Source: Malacoraja senta
Lineage: Eukaryota
Direction: 5' to 3'
NCBI GenBank assembly: GCA_038087875.1
Contig: CM075990.1
Coordinates: 8,682,001-8,746,000 of the forward strand
DNA: 64,000 bases
Shown here: positions 13,217 to 26,544 of the stretch, piece after piece
Numbering within the stretch: the first letter of the stretch is position 1
How the letters are laid out: each line of letters begins with the position of its first letter
Made by a program: the position numbers and the translations under genes
Notes under the pieces: generated by a model
Seen by the model: only the letters and a program-made list of their open reading frames with translations
Told to the model about the DNA's origin: nothing
The model's database searches: none

Positions 13217-14825
13217 CCACAATAAATTACAGAGAATTATGAATGCAGCCCACTCCATCACACAATAAATAATTGTAACATTTAAAAAAATCATTTAATA
13301 AAAGGATCAAAAACATTAAGATTTAAAAACAAGGAAAACATTAGCAAAGCCAGTCCGCTCCCAACTTTTAACTCGGGGTGGAAAAAACCCCATTGAACGA
13401 AGAAGTCACAATGCTAAGTGCACTGCCCGATTCAGAATCCAAATGTGCCAAGACTTGATCTCCGGTTACAACACCCAGACTTGTCCCATGAACTGATGCC
13501 ACCGGTAATTCTCTGCATAAGCACCTGTCACAGATATGCAAAAGGTCACAAAAAGCTGGAGTAACTCAAAGCAGGCAGCATCTCTGGAGAACCAGATTCT
13601 GAGACTCAAAATCAGAGACCCAGAAGGACCTATCCATGTCCTCCAGAGCTTCTGCCTGATCTACTGAATTACTCCTACGCTTTGTGTCCTTGTGTGTATT
13701 AACCAGCACCTGTAGTTCTTTGTTTCAGCCACAGATACAAGCAACCCAGCCCAGTCACTGACTAACATGTTTCCCGAGCAGACCTGTTGGCTTTCAAGTG
13801 AGAGTTCAGGGACTTTGAGCAGATCTGATTTTTTTTGGTTTCACTTTCTGTCATACGTAGAAAGCTGTGTGCATTTCCAGAAGCCATTTGTGTAATAGGA
13901 GTGAAAAAAAATTATGCTGTGAGTTATATAAATGAAACTGCTCACTGAGCCGACATCTTATTGCCTGTCCCATTGAGCAATTATTATAGCAACTTGCAGT
14001 GTAACGCACAGTGTGGGGAACTAGCAGGCAGCAGCTAACGGCCTTCCTCATTGACCGCAAACTCAAACGGCAATGAATGAGAGTAAGCTCGTGTTTCTGC
14101 TTCACAACAGATCTGCAGGGGGAATGTTTTTTTCTCCATGAAGTGAAAGCATTTTGGAAATAAACTCTCCCCAACTATTGGCGCAGCCTGTGTGTATAGT
14201 GCTGATTAGTTCTGCCAGTGAAACAGATTTTGAGATGCGTCGCAGGGAAACCATTGCCAACTGAATTCAAAATAATGCAAGGTTAGGAGAAAGCGGATGA
14301 TGAGTTATTACATACAGTGAATTGAGCAAGCAATGGGGCATTAGGAACGCTAAATGGAAAGGTGCGGATGTCGTCTTGCTGCGAGGGCGAGTATAATTTA
14401 ACATTCTTTACAAAGAGAGCTGGTGGTGCCAAATCAGGAGCGTTGATGAAGGCATTTCGGAAGGATACCACTGTAATTTCAGCACGAAAACCTCAAAAAT
14501 CCACGTTACCCTGATTCTTCAAGTTGTACAGAGCGAGGCAGCAAGAAATCCGCCCAGAAGTAACGAAAGCATAAGGAGGGAAGTGGAACTCAAATTTAAA
14601 CCACATCGTAAAATGTACCGTGAGCTCAAAGATCTGAGATTGTACTTCGCAAATGGATTCATATCCTTTTCAACCTGTGACTTTTGGAGCAACACCTCTT
14701 TTCAGCAGGTGTGTGATAGGCAAAAGATCCCTTGGTTATACACACTTCCGGGGCTCCAAGCATGGTTCTGAAGGAAGCCTGTGAGTCTACTGCCGATGTC
14801 CCAGTTATAATTATCCAAACCTCGT

Positions 14826-14853
14826 CTGAGGAAGGGTCTCGACCCGAAACGTC
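14826..14853 (+). ncRNA. Putative minimal type I hammerhead ribozyme core in a Penelope-derived repeat (representative copy)
   Basis: CTGAGGA-A-GGGT(CTCG)ACCC-GAAAC-GTC: conserved core, stem II and a GUC triplet. Activity is not shown by sequence. Confidence 0.55.
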
Positions 14854-16544
14854 ACCTATTCCCTTTCTCCAGAGATCCTGTCTGACCCGCTGAGTTACTC
14901 TAGCCTTTTGTGCCTATCTTCTGATTTGGAAACCCTTCTGTTAATATCCAAATTTGCACTGCTGTGCTATTTAAGAACGTTGAAAAGGAGAAACCAGATA
15001 ATTGCTGGGACCATTTTGTCTAACATCTGCTGTCAGGCAATTACTAGAGTAAATGATTGAGCAGAGTAACTGAACTCTTTAAAAGCTTTCTGTCAACTAC
15101 AGAGATCAATATAGATTTATGAGGGCCAGGTCACATCTGGGAAGTGTGATTGAAAATTTTGAAGAGGCAGATGTGGTGGCCAGGGGAATGTTTCTGGATG
15201 TTATTTATATCGGTTTCCAATGATATTTGTGCAAGTCCTTCAGAGGAGAATGTTAAGGAAGGTTATCGCTCTGAAATTGAAGGCTATTTATGGGCCTTGA
15301 AAAATCACTGATTGGCAGAAATAGATTTGGGAAAATTGGTTCACCATATCTCCCATGGATTGGGGGGGTGCAGAATTATTCAATATATTTATAAACTGAT
15401 TAGAACTCAGAAAATCACAGGGGGTAATAAAGTGTAGAAGGAGGCTAGTCATCCCATTGGCTTTAGTTGAGTTTATTGTCACATGTACCGAGGTACAGTG
15501 AAAAGCTTTTGTTGCGTGCTAACCAGTCAGCGGAAAGACTACACATGATTCCAATCGTGCGATCCACAGTGAACAGATACAAGATAAAGGCAATAATGTT
15601 TAGTGCAAGATAAAGTCCTGAAAAGTCAGGTTAAAGATAATTCAAAGGTCTCCAGTAAGGCAAATATTAAGTCAGGACCACGCTCTAGTTGGTGAAAGGA
15701 TGGTTCAGTAGTCTGTTAACAGCTGGGAAGAAATTGTTCTTGAATCTGGTGGTGTGTGTTTTCACACTTCTGAACCTCTTATCTGATGGGGAAGGGAAGA
15801 AGAGGGAGTGTGAGACTTGTCCTTGATTACGCTGGAGGCCTTGCGAAGTTCAAGCTGATTCTCTGTATAATCAGCATACCGAAGTAGCTCAGTGGGTCAG
15901 GCAACATCCCTGGATGACATGGATGGACAACTTTCCAGGTCGGGACCCTTCTTCAGACTGACCCAAACACCGCCATGTCCACGTCCACCAGGAATGATGC
16001 CTGACCCGTTACGTTTCTCCAGCACTTTGTGTTTTACTCACGATTCCAGCATCTGTTGATCTTTGTGCATCAATGAGGTCAACCTAATCACTCCGATTTT
16101 CCCACAATTTTTCTGCAACGCTGCATTGTTTTTGCTTCCTCCTATCTATCAAACCCTGTTAAAAGCACACATGTGGAGGATGTTTAAATATTTGGAACTC
16201 CCAGAAATGATAATTCATGCAAGGTCAATCACTAACGTTAAATCTGAGATCGGTAGATTACTGTTATCCAAAGACATTGATGGATATGGAGGTGAGTCAC
16301 TGATCAGCCGATTTCTCATTTAATGTCACAACATGCCTGGAGAGTAGGGAACGGCTTATTCACTGTGTCCTTAAAGACAATGGTTTAGCAAACTCCTGGC
16401 CAATCCAGCAAAAAGGGACTAGCTGTTACCATGATAGCCAAGATGATAAGGAGTACTATTCATTACAAGGAGGGTGGCAAAGGAATTGCCTTTATGCACA
16501 GGCACGTTTCACTTTGTTGGAGGCAAAAAGGCAGATCTGATGTG

Positions 16545-16821
16545 GAAAAGACTGCAAAATGTTGTGAACACTGCCCAGTCCATCACCGACACTGACCTCC
16601 CCACCATCGAAGGGATTTATCGGAGTCGCTGCCTCAAAAAGGCAGCCAACATCATCAGAGCCCCACACCATTCTGGCCACACACTCATCTCAACACTGCC
16701 ATCGGGAAGAAGGTACAGGAGCCTGAAAACTGTAATGTCCAGGTTCAGGAACTGCTTCTTCCCTGCAGCCATCAGGCTATTAAACACTACAACCTCAAAT
16801 AGGCTCTGAACTACAATAGAC

Positions 16822-16888
<67 letters not shown>

Positions 16889-17100
16889 GCACTATTATTG
16901 TTTGTTTTTTGGGTATGTGTGTATGTGTATAAATATATGTGAGTATGTGTACATATACACACAGAACTTTTTTTTCTCTCTCTCGTTTATCATATTATTT
17001 ACAGTGTACGATGTTTACATATTCTGTTGTGCTGCAGCAAGTAAGAATTTCATTGTTCCATCTGTGACATATGACAATAAAACAATCTTGACTTGACTTG
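16545..17100 (+). mobile_element. Rex1/Babar-like LINE 3' end containing an (ATT)n microsatellite (related fragments at about 15465-15845, 24425-24660, 40810-41290, 61310-61830, all -)
   Basis: KRLQNVVNTAQSIT...LPSGRRYRSL...FFPAAIRLLN, then AATAAA and a (CTTGA)n tail. Confidence 0.8.
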
Positions 17101-17359
17101 AACGTTTGAAGAACCCTTTGTTAGATTTTTGATGCACCTCTCCATTGGTGGATAGACCATACGAAATACGTTACCAAGGATATGCCACGGTTCCCACTTT
17201 GGACTTCTACATTTTAGTTTTACATCTCACTTGATGAAGGTACCAACTGGATCCACAGTAATCTAACATGTAATCTAACATGTAATCTGCTATTTTAATG
17301 GAGTTGAGATTTGTTTACCTTCGATGGGTTGGCTCCAATAAAATGACAAACAGCTGAAG

Positions 17360-17770
17360 GCCCCTATCGGTCATGACTGACCATGGGTGATGCATCCTGG
17401 TCAGATGCAAGCCTGGGCGATGTCATATGGAGGACAGGCTGTTGCCCATGCAGCACGCCCCCCCCTCTTCATTGCGCTGATCGATCCAAAGGAACAGCAG
17501 GGCCATTACAGTTTGGCACCAGCGCCGTCGCAGGAGCTGCCAGAGCGAGGTTGTAGACAACGACGAACTGCCTTAGGGGCTTCGACTCCGGATTTTCTTG
17601 AGGTTTACTCCTGGATATGGCCACAAGGCAGTGGAGGTTTTAAATCAAAGTTTTCCCTCTCCTAGATGGACTGCCTTCCCAGGCTGAAGAGCCCCATCTG
17701 CCCGAGACTCGTGGGGGCGGGAGCGTCTACCTTCCCGTGCAGGGCTATAGCACCTGCCCACTGCCCATTG
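17360..17770 (-). mobile_element. Probable non-autonomous RTE/Vingi-type retroelement (5'-UTR-like sequence)
   Basis: GC-rich island. The minus strand contains GGGCTCTTCAGCCTGGGAAGGCAGTCCATCTAGGAGAGGGAAAACT, resembling a motif I recall from RTE/Vingi 5' UTRs. No TSD identified. Confidence 0.4.
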
Positions 17771-19553
17771 CCTATGTGCACCGTACAAACACTCCATTTG
17801 TTCATTGCCAAGGCCCAGCAGTGTTTCAAATGTCATCTCATTTCAGGATTGATAAATAATCTTCAGTTGTTCGTCAGCTTACTTAACTTTTACTCATGAC
17901 TTTTGGTGATAATGTAGTTGATCATTTAGAATTAGTTTTGCTCCAACGAGTGGTGCTTGATGTCAGCAGGAAAGGAGAATTGAAATGCCAGTTGTGGAGG
18001 CTGCTCATTGTTACATAGATGCTGTTGTGTTGATAAGGATCGTAATGTACACAACGTTGGGGCGGCACAATGACACTGCGGTAGAGTTGCTGCCTCACAG
18101 CAGCAGAGACCTGGTTTCGATCCTGACTACGGGTGCTGTCTGTACAGAGTTTTTCTCCAGAGATGCTGCCTGACCCGCTGAGTTACTCCAGCTTTCTGTA
18201 TCTGTCTTTTATTACTGTATGATTTTGTTTATCACATCCATAAACAATATTTTAACATTGTATTTTATGTGTTTTTGACCTAAATCTTTAAACCCAGGAA
18301 CACAACCAGAGTTTTTCCAATGAAACTAATTGGAAACACATTTACAGTTTATGTTTCCTCATTATGCAGTCTTTTTCCCCAGAATATAATTCCTGCATAA
18401 ATGGTTTGCAATCGCAGTGTATGTTGCTTGCCATTTCATTCTGTTTGCATAAGTCTTGACCCTACAGTTGGATGTGGCAATGGAAAAATCCAGATTCTGT
18501 CTATAACACAGACTGGTGCTTGAATATTTGTAACTCTGATTATGCAGCAACCTATTTAAGTTTAACATCGATGTACAATCAACCAGCAAGAGCATCACTG
18601 GAAAACCTTGATGTTAAGCTTGGATGGTGGCCAATGTTCAAGGGAAGAATTGCAGTCAGACTTGGAAGGTTTTTGTCAAAGTGCGACAAGATAACTGATA
18701 TAGAAGACCAAATCAAAAGCTCTGGTTATTTTATGAATTTGCTGAGTCCGTACATTCGCAGATGATGCTTCCTTTTCAAATTGTTTATTAATTCAGAGTG
18801 AGACGAAAATTACCTTTACATTGCTACATCCGAATTTTGTAAACTGTTAGCTGTGCGCTCTCAATTCGTTTAGGTACATTTGACAGAGAAATTACCTTCT
18901 GCAGAAGGAATCTGTTTGTGAGGTCCCAGTGGTACGGGATAATAATGGAAATCCTGTATTGGAAGTGAACAGAACATCTAGATTTATTGGCACTGACTGC
19001 AAGTGAGTAGAGACAGAGATGGAGAAAGTTACGGGAGTAAGTGTGAAAAAGCAGATGGCTGCAGAGAGAAAGCAAGCGTTTAACAGCCTGTACCTCCAAG
19101 TTCAGAGACCTGCCATCTTACCGGTCATTAAGATGACTCGAGGCAGCGATTGTTCTTTACAGGCAAGTCATTGCGTGTTCGCGCCAACTCAAATTGCAGG
19201 GCTGCCAAGGGTAGCTTGTGGCATAAATTCAGGTTTAAGTTGGTGATGTACTGAAGAGATTGAGAGATGACTGGAAGGAAAAGATAAGAAACCAACTTTC
19301 TTGGGAAGTTTCTTGGGAACTATTTATTGGGGAAAATAAAATTAGATTGGGAAAATAAATTCAGGTAAACAGTTTTTTTCTCCATTCTCTGGGAGGAAAA
19401 TTGCCTGTCCCAATAACAGAATTCTATAATTAGCTTGTCTTAAAACCTATGACCCATCATTCCGGAGCCAATTCAAAATGGTAATGTTGCTACTAAGGGG
19501 TGCAGCACATCGAGCTGCAGCCTCACTGCTCCAGTGAACCCAGGTTCAATTCT

Positions 19554-21425
19554 TTTTTTATTTTTTATATTTTTTATTTTATTAGAAGTATTGTACATTA
19601 CAGTAATCTGCAATAACGTAAGTTTATACTTTTCTTGTACCACTTCTTATTTTAAACTTTAATAAGAGAAAAGGATAGAAAGAGTTAGTAAAGATAGTAA
19701 GTGAGTGATTGAAAGAGTGGTCCAGGAACACCCATATGGACCTAAACCACAAGAAATAGTTTTAAAAAGAGAAAAACCAAAAGGAGGAAAAAGAAAAAAG
19801 AAAACATAAGATAAGGTAGGACACTATGAAAGGGATGTACTTACGTCATATCTCACCCCTCGCCAGTAAAGACTCACCCCTCGCCAGGTCCTGAAACCAT
19901 TTATTATCAACATTGTGTTGCACCCGATGTTTGTAATAAGTCGATAAATGGAGACCAACTCTTTAGGAATTGGTCTGGTTTACCTGCTAAGAGGAATCTC
20001 ATATCTTCTAGGTGTAACAATTCCGACATATTAGAAAACCACATTTTTGTTGTTGGCGTGGGAGCGTTTTTCCAAAATTTCAGAATACATTTTTTTGCCA
20101 TTATTAAGCCATAATTAAGAAAACTCCTTTGAAACAAAGTCAGCTCCAAACTTGCTTCTATTGTTCCAAAAATAATCAGTTCTGCATTCGGTTTCAGTTT
20201 TATTTTAAATAATTTAGTGAAAATGTCAAAAATGTAATTACAAATTTTTTGGATTTTTATACAAAAAACAAAAGAATGTGCTATAGTTGCTTCTTGGGTT
20301 AGGCATTTATCACAGATAGAAGAGGTATTTGGGTAAAATTTACTTAATTTAACTTTCGAATAGTATAATCTATGTAAAATGTTAAATTGAATTAGAGTAT
20401 GTCTTACGTTAATCGAGCATTTATGCACATATAACAGGTGTTTATCCCAACTCTCTTTCGAGATTTTTATAGCTAGTTCCTGTTCCCATTCTCTTCTAAT
20501 CCCATCAGATGATGGAATTTCTATGTTTAAAATGGAATTATACAGGTATGATATTAAATTAGCTGATTCCGCTTTTATATTTATTATCCCATCTAATAGA
20601 TCAGGACACATATTTTGATATTCTCGTGTATATTTTTTCAAATAGTCACGTATTTGAAAGTATTTAAAATATTGATTACTACTCAAGTTGTATTTAAGTT
20701 GTAGTTGGTGAAATGTTAAAAAACTTCTATTATCATACATATTGTGACGTCAGCTTATACACGGGCCACTTATGCTCGAACCCTCGTCCCAGACCCACAT
20801 GCAGTAGCCGCCCTCGACCATGCTATTCCTTCCGTCCGGCGGTTTCTGCATCGGTCCCCTCGCACCCCTCGGTACCTCGGGATCACCCACGCAGAGCGTT
20901 ACTGCGCCTGTGGGCCCTCCGTCCCGACCCACACCCGGGGTGTCCCAGACCCACATGCAGTAGCCACCCTCGACCATGCTATTCCTTCCTCCGGTTCTGG
21001 GGGGGTCCTGTGGCGTCAGCCTATACATGGGCCACTTATGCTCGAACCCTCGTCAGGAAGTACGAGGGCGGGCACGTGACGTCATGGGCTAGAGGGAGTG
21101 TCCTGGTACTTAAGGTCATCTCACCTCGAGACCTTAAGGTATTCAACCGGTAGCTGAGCCCGAGTGAACAACCTCGCTCAGCTACAGTAACACTGTTATT
21201 ATGGTTAGCACCAACCTAACGTGTCACTACTGAATAAACGACTCTTTGAACCGGCCTGATGTCTCACCTTTATTCACCACGTTTGGTGCCGCTATAATAT
21301 CTCCAAATGTTTTAATTCCTACTCTATCCCAATTTGTAAAAGATTTATCTATCATAGCATGGTTTAAACAAAGGGTTATTCATTATAGGTGAGAAAAGTG
21401 ATAGATTTCTTAATTTTAAAGTTAA
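19554..21425 (-). mobile_element. L1-clade LINE, 5'-truncated, inserted into a V-SINE
   Basis: ORF 19907-20740 is an L1-type ORF2 C-terminus with a CCHC-like motif (CDKC...HSFVFC). A-rich tail at 19554. Perfect 17-bp TSD AACCCAGGTTCAATTCT at 19537-19553 and 21426-21442. Confidence 0.9.
20743..21296 (+). mobile_element. Solo LTR inserted in L1 ORF2
   Basis: Starts TGT and ends ...GCTATA (probably decayed CA). 4-bp TSD ATAT at 20739-20742 and 21297-21300. GC-rich with internal direct repeats and AATAAA near 21233. Removing it restores the L1 frame (GIKTFGD|MYDNRS). Confidence 0.8.
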
Positions 21426-24400
21426 AACCCAGGTTCAATTCTGACCACAGATGCTGTCTGTGCAGAGTTTGTACGTTCCCCATGTGACCGCGTGGGATTC
21501 CTCCGGGTGCGCTCGTTTCTCCCCACATCCCAAAGATGTGTGGGTTGGCAGATTAATTTACTACATCAAATCACCACTGGTGTGTAGGTAAGTTGTCGAA
21601 TTTGAGGGCAGCTGATGGGAATATGAGGAGGTTGAAATGGATGAGAGTATTTGGTTGTCAGTGCAGACTCACTGAGCCAGAGAACATGATTCCATGCTGC
21701 ATTCTCTCTGTCTCTAATTGTAATTGTAATTGTAATTGTAATTCATTTATTAGCCAAGTAGGTAAAACATACAAGGAATTTGATTTGTCATGCAGTTATA
21801 CCAAAAAAGTAACAAGACACACAACTACATAAAAGTTAACATAAACATCCACCACAGCGGCTCCAAGATAATGTTTCAATATCTTGGCGTAGGTATGTAA
21901 AGAGAATGGGACAATCAGGAACTAAAGGCAGAACTAATGATTGCACAGATTGAATTAAAAGCTTGGAGAAAACACTAATAGAGATAGTGTTTTACAGTAC
22001 GGGAACAGGCTATTCCACCCAACTCGTCCAAGTCATTCATGATGCTCCATCTAGGATAGTCCCATTTGCCCATATTTGACCCATATCCCTCTAAAGCTTT
22101 CCTTTCCGTGGCCTTGGAGTAGTGAGGCTGCAGCTCGAGGTGCTGCACCTCTGGGCCTTCCCTTAGTCGCAACGTTACCATTTTTAATTGGCTCCGGAAT
22201 GATGGGTCAGAGGTTTTAAGACAAGCTAATTATAGAATTCTGTTATTGGGACAGGCAATTTTCCTCCCAGAGAAAGGAGAACAAAACTGTTTACCTGAAT
22301 TTATTTTCCCAATCTAATTTTATTTTCCCCAATAAATAGTTCCCAAGAAACTTCCCAAGAAAGTTGGTTTCTTATCTTTTCCTTCCAGTCATCTCTCAAT
22401 CTCTTCAGTACATCGCCAACTTAAATTTGAATTTATGCCACAAGTACATTTGTGAAATGAGGCAATATTTAAAAAAAGATCATCTCAAATATTTTCACAG
22501 AGCGATGTGGAATTGTTAAAGATAGTGGTGCACTATTGATTGAAGGATTGAGATGAGGTACCAGGGATTTTTGCTGAATTTACTAGCCCTCCAACTTAAT
22601 GCAGAATCAAGTTTAGTTTACTTTAGTTTAAAGATACAGCGTGGAAACAGGCCCCTTCGGCCTACCCTAACCACACGGACCAGTGATCACCGACACACAA
22701 GTAGCATTGATAGCACACAAAGAAGGTTTTTCACTGAATCTCGGTAAACATGCCAATAATAGACCAAAGATAGACACAAATTGTTGGAGTAACTCAGCAG
22801 GTCATCCAGCATCCCTGGAAAGAAGGAATTGGTGGCGTTTCGGGTCGAGACCCTTCTTCAGACTGAGAGTCAGAAGAGAGGGAGTCTAGACCATTACCAA
22901 TAGAGAGACCAATCCTGAGGTTGAAGGCTCACAAAACATCAACCCCGCTTCACCCTTCATCTCTGGGTTATTTTTGTTGTGGATGATGCAGTTGGCAAGG
23001 AGCCCAGTTCTCAACTGTTGCTCAGCAGTTGAGTTTTAATCCTGGGGCAGGAAATCTCATTCCACCTCCAGACACAAGCTGGAGTGATCGGTTGGAGAGC
23101 CCATCAAGCCCATCTTGTTAATAGATGCCAGGTTCTAGCTGCTAAAGATGGAGATTCAAGGACACTTGACTTTAATTGTTTTCCTATTCTGAAGCTCTCT
23201 GTGCCTCTGGAGATGGAGTTACTTTGCAATCAGGTAATTAGAAGTGAAAAAAGCAGAGGCAAAGCAATTAATATGCTATAGGAGAACACTTCTGAGATGT
23301 GGGCCAATATCTCTTGAGTTCAACTCCAGAAAAAAGGAATCAGAGTGGAATTCCCCCTTCTGTCGTGGGAGAGACTGACTCCTGCATCCCCAGATCTTTG
23401 CATATCCCCAATCCTTTCCACTCGTCACTTTAATTTCTTGTTTCATGTATCTTGTGTTTTATGACTGTTGGCAGCTCAATTTCCCTCCTGGGATAAATAA
23501 AGTTCTATCGTATCGTATTGTATCATAATTCAACAACTGCTTATTCAACTCATCAAATTTAACATTACAGGTAACATTACATTTCTGGTTCTTCCATATT
23601 GCTTAGATTAATTGCTTAAGTTTGAAGTTTACATTGTTAATGGTACTCTTTCTTGTTTACTTTCAATATTTACAAAGGTTTATTCCCGTTAATTTATTCA
23701 TGTTGGTCCTTTGATTTGGTTGAGCAGTCTCTTCCAGGCTCTTCTCCCATTCCATGGGCAATTTTATACCTGATTTACACTAGAAAACATGAGCTGGAAC
23801 ATACCACCTGGCCTATCAGGCTTGCCCCATTGTTTAGTAGGATTGTGGTTGATCTGTCTCGGGCATCAACGGTAGACACAAAATGCTGGAGTAACTCAGC
23901 GGGACAGGCAGCATCTCTGGATGGAAGGAATGGCTGACGTTTCGGGTTGAGACCCTTCTTCAGCAATATCCTATCTCAGGCATCAACTACTCCTCCCCAA
24001 CTACTGGGGGCAAACGTTTCAACAAAGTCCATTTTTTCTCAATACTTCGCACAGAGGATGGTGGATAAATGGGACAATCAGCCAGACAAAATGGTCGAGG
24101 CAGATGCAATAACAACATTTCAAAAGCATTTGTACAGGTACATGAATAGGAAAAGTTGTGAGGGATATGGGTCAAACATGGGCTAATGGGATGAGCTTAG
24201 ATATGCATCTTGTCCAGCATGGATGACTTGGGCCAAAGGGCCTGTTTCTGTGCTATTTAAGTTTATGGCTCTTTGACTTCAAATTCTTTGTAAATGGGAA
24301 ATGATAGCAAAGTCTCTGCATGTTTTATTCTTTTGTGGAATGTAGTTTGTTGACAAGACCTGCATGTATGACCAAATTCAAATTTCCCTTGAGCCACTTT

Positions 24401-25342
24401 CTTGACCTGCTGAATGTCATGGGAATCTGGAGGTGTGCGTTTTCACACTTCTCGACCTCTTGCCTGATGGGAGAGGGGAGAGGAGGGAGTGACCAGGGTG
24501 AGACTCGTCCTTGATTATAATGGTGGCCTTGCCGAGGTAAATGGAGTGAATGGAAGGGAGGTTGGTTTGTGTGATGGTCTGGGCTGCGTCCACAATTCTC
24601 TGCGGTTTCTTGCGGTCTTGGATGGAGCTGTTCCCAAACCATGCTGCGACGCATCCCGATTAGGGCTCTTTCTGAGCTGTTGAATGCTGTTTAGGTTCGA
24701 TAAAATGCTGCCACTTCCCCAGTGAGTCAAAGCAAACACGAAGCAGATAACAATAAATGAGAACATATACCTGGAGTAAATAATTCAACACTGACATAAA
24801 TGAGTTATTGCAATACAAACTGACCAGAAGCTCACAAACACCTGACTATAATGACTGACAAACACCCTGGATTGTAATCAGTTGAAAACACATGGTATTT
24901 AGTCTGAAGAAGGGTTTCGGCCCGAAACGTTACCTATTTCCTTCGCTCCATAGATGCTGCTGCACCCGCTGAGTTTCTCCAGCATTTTTGTGTACCTGGT
25001 ATTTACTGTCTTTGTACAAGGCTAAAACCCATTAAAATCCATTAACAATCGAGAGAAGTTTTGCTGCAACTTAAAACGATCACCGCGTTTTAGATGTGAA
25101 ATGATTTCTTTCTCATGGCTGTGTTTCCGTTACTTTATCTTTAACATTCCAAGTTATTGCTTGCTACTTAACCAGAATCAAATGAACAAACCTTTAGAAA
25201 TGAGCCATATCCCTTTACACACAGGAGTTTTTAAATATTTTTTTATTTGGAGTGTGCCTGTTAATGGCAAGGCCAGTATTTATTGCCCCTTCATTAATTA
25301 CTCTTGAGAAAATGATGGTAAGCCATCTTGTCAATTGCCACA

Positions 25343-26040
25343 GATAGACACAGAAAGTTTGAGTAACCCAGCAGGCCAGGTAGCATCTCTGGAGAAAAGG
25401 AATAGGTGACGTTTCAGGTTGAGACACTTTTTTCAGACTGAGAGTCAGGGGAAAGGGAAACGAGAGATAGAGATGGTGATATAGAGAAATATAGAACAAA
25501 TGAATGAAAGATATGCATTAAAAGTAACGATGATCAAGGAAACTGTCCATTGTTGGCTGTGGGCTAGACGTTAATGAGTTATACAGACAATGAAACTCAC
25601 CAGGATAACAGTGAAACTAGTACAATGACTAGGGTAGATGAAGGATGGAGAGAGAGGGGATGCAAGGGTTACTTGAATTTAGAGAAGTTAATGTGAGGAA
25701 CTGCTTTTGGGGGTGGGAGAGAACAAAAGAAGACCTTTGTTCTCCTTTCTTTGTAACTTTGTCAGAGCCCTTTATGTGGCGACTCTTTGCATACCTTGGG
25801 TCCTTCACCATGACTTGTCACATGTGACAATAAAGTATTAATTAATTAATTCATTCATTAATTCATTCATTCGGAAATCAATATTCGTATTGCTGGGTTG
25901 TAAGCTGCCCGAGCGAAATATGAGGTGCTGTTCCTCCAATTTGCTTTGGGCCTCACCCTGACAATGGGGGAGCCCCAGGACAGCAAGGTCAGTGTGGGAA
26001 TGGGAAGGGGAGTTAAAGTGTTTGGCAACCAGGAGATCAA
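25343..26040 (-). mobile_element. Penelope-like element 3' fragment, interrupted at about 25690-25870 by a short insert ending in (ATTC)n
   Basis: Same GIY-YIG C-terminal coding sequence and terminal repeat as 54900-55469. Confidence 0.75.
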
Positions 26041-26544
26041 TTGCAGCAGTCCCTCTGATAAAGATACTCTGACATGCATGTTAGCTTTGGGAATTATACC
26101 ATCTAGATTCAGTGACCATGAAGGAACCATGATATATTTCCAAGTTAGGAAATACTGTGCAGAGCAACTGTGCCATGGTTAAATGAGAGGTTGTATCGTT
26201 CTTCTATTTCAGTAGTGATCTTGGTACAATTGATCAGTGTATTGGGCTATTCCAGAGGGCACATTCCTACCTATGACCCAGGGAGGTGCCTCTACTTCCT
26301 GGAATGGGCATTATTTTCAGTTTGAGTGCATTTAACGGAATCTATAATTTGGCAGGTGTTGTGGTGGGATTTTGCCACAGAGCTCAGTATTTTTAGTCCG
26401 GGCATGGGTTTCCGAGCTGGGTTACTAATCGGGTTAGTGAACCACTGCACGCTGCAGGGCCAGCAAAAGCACACTGATCTGCATAAATGACCTGTAGTTC
26501 AGAGGGTGAACACGAAATGTCAAAGCAAGGAGTGCTCAATTGTT

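Larger units (their letters stand above)
19215..22444. repeat. Long inverted duplication: arms 19215-19533 and 22115-22444
   Basis: The arms are reverse complements over ~320 bp, with scattered substitutions and one ~11-nt indel. Confidence 0.92.

Noticed and set aside
19215..22444. Large DNA transposon or foldback element with 320-bp TIRs
   Set aside because: No TSD at the outer ends, the arms include part of a SINE, and the interior is explained by SINE/L1/LTR insertions.
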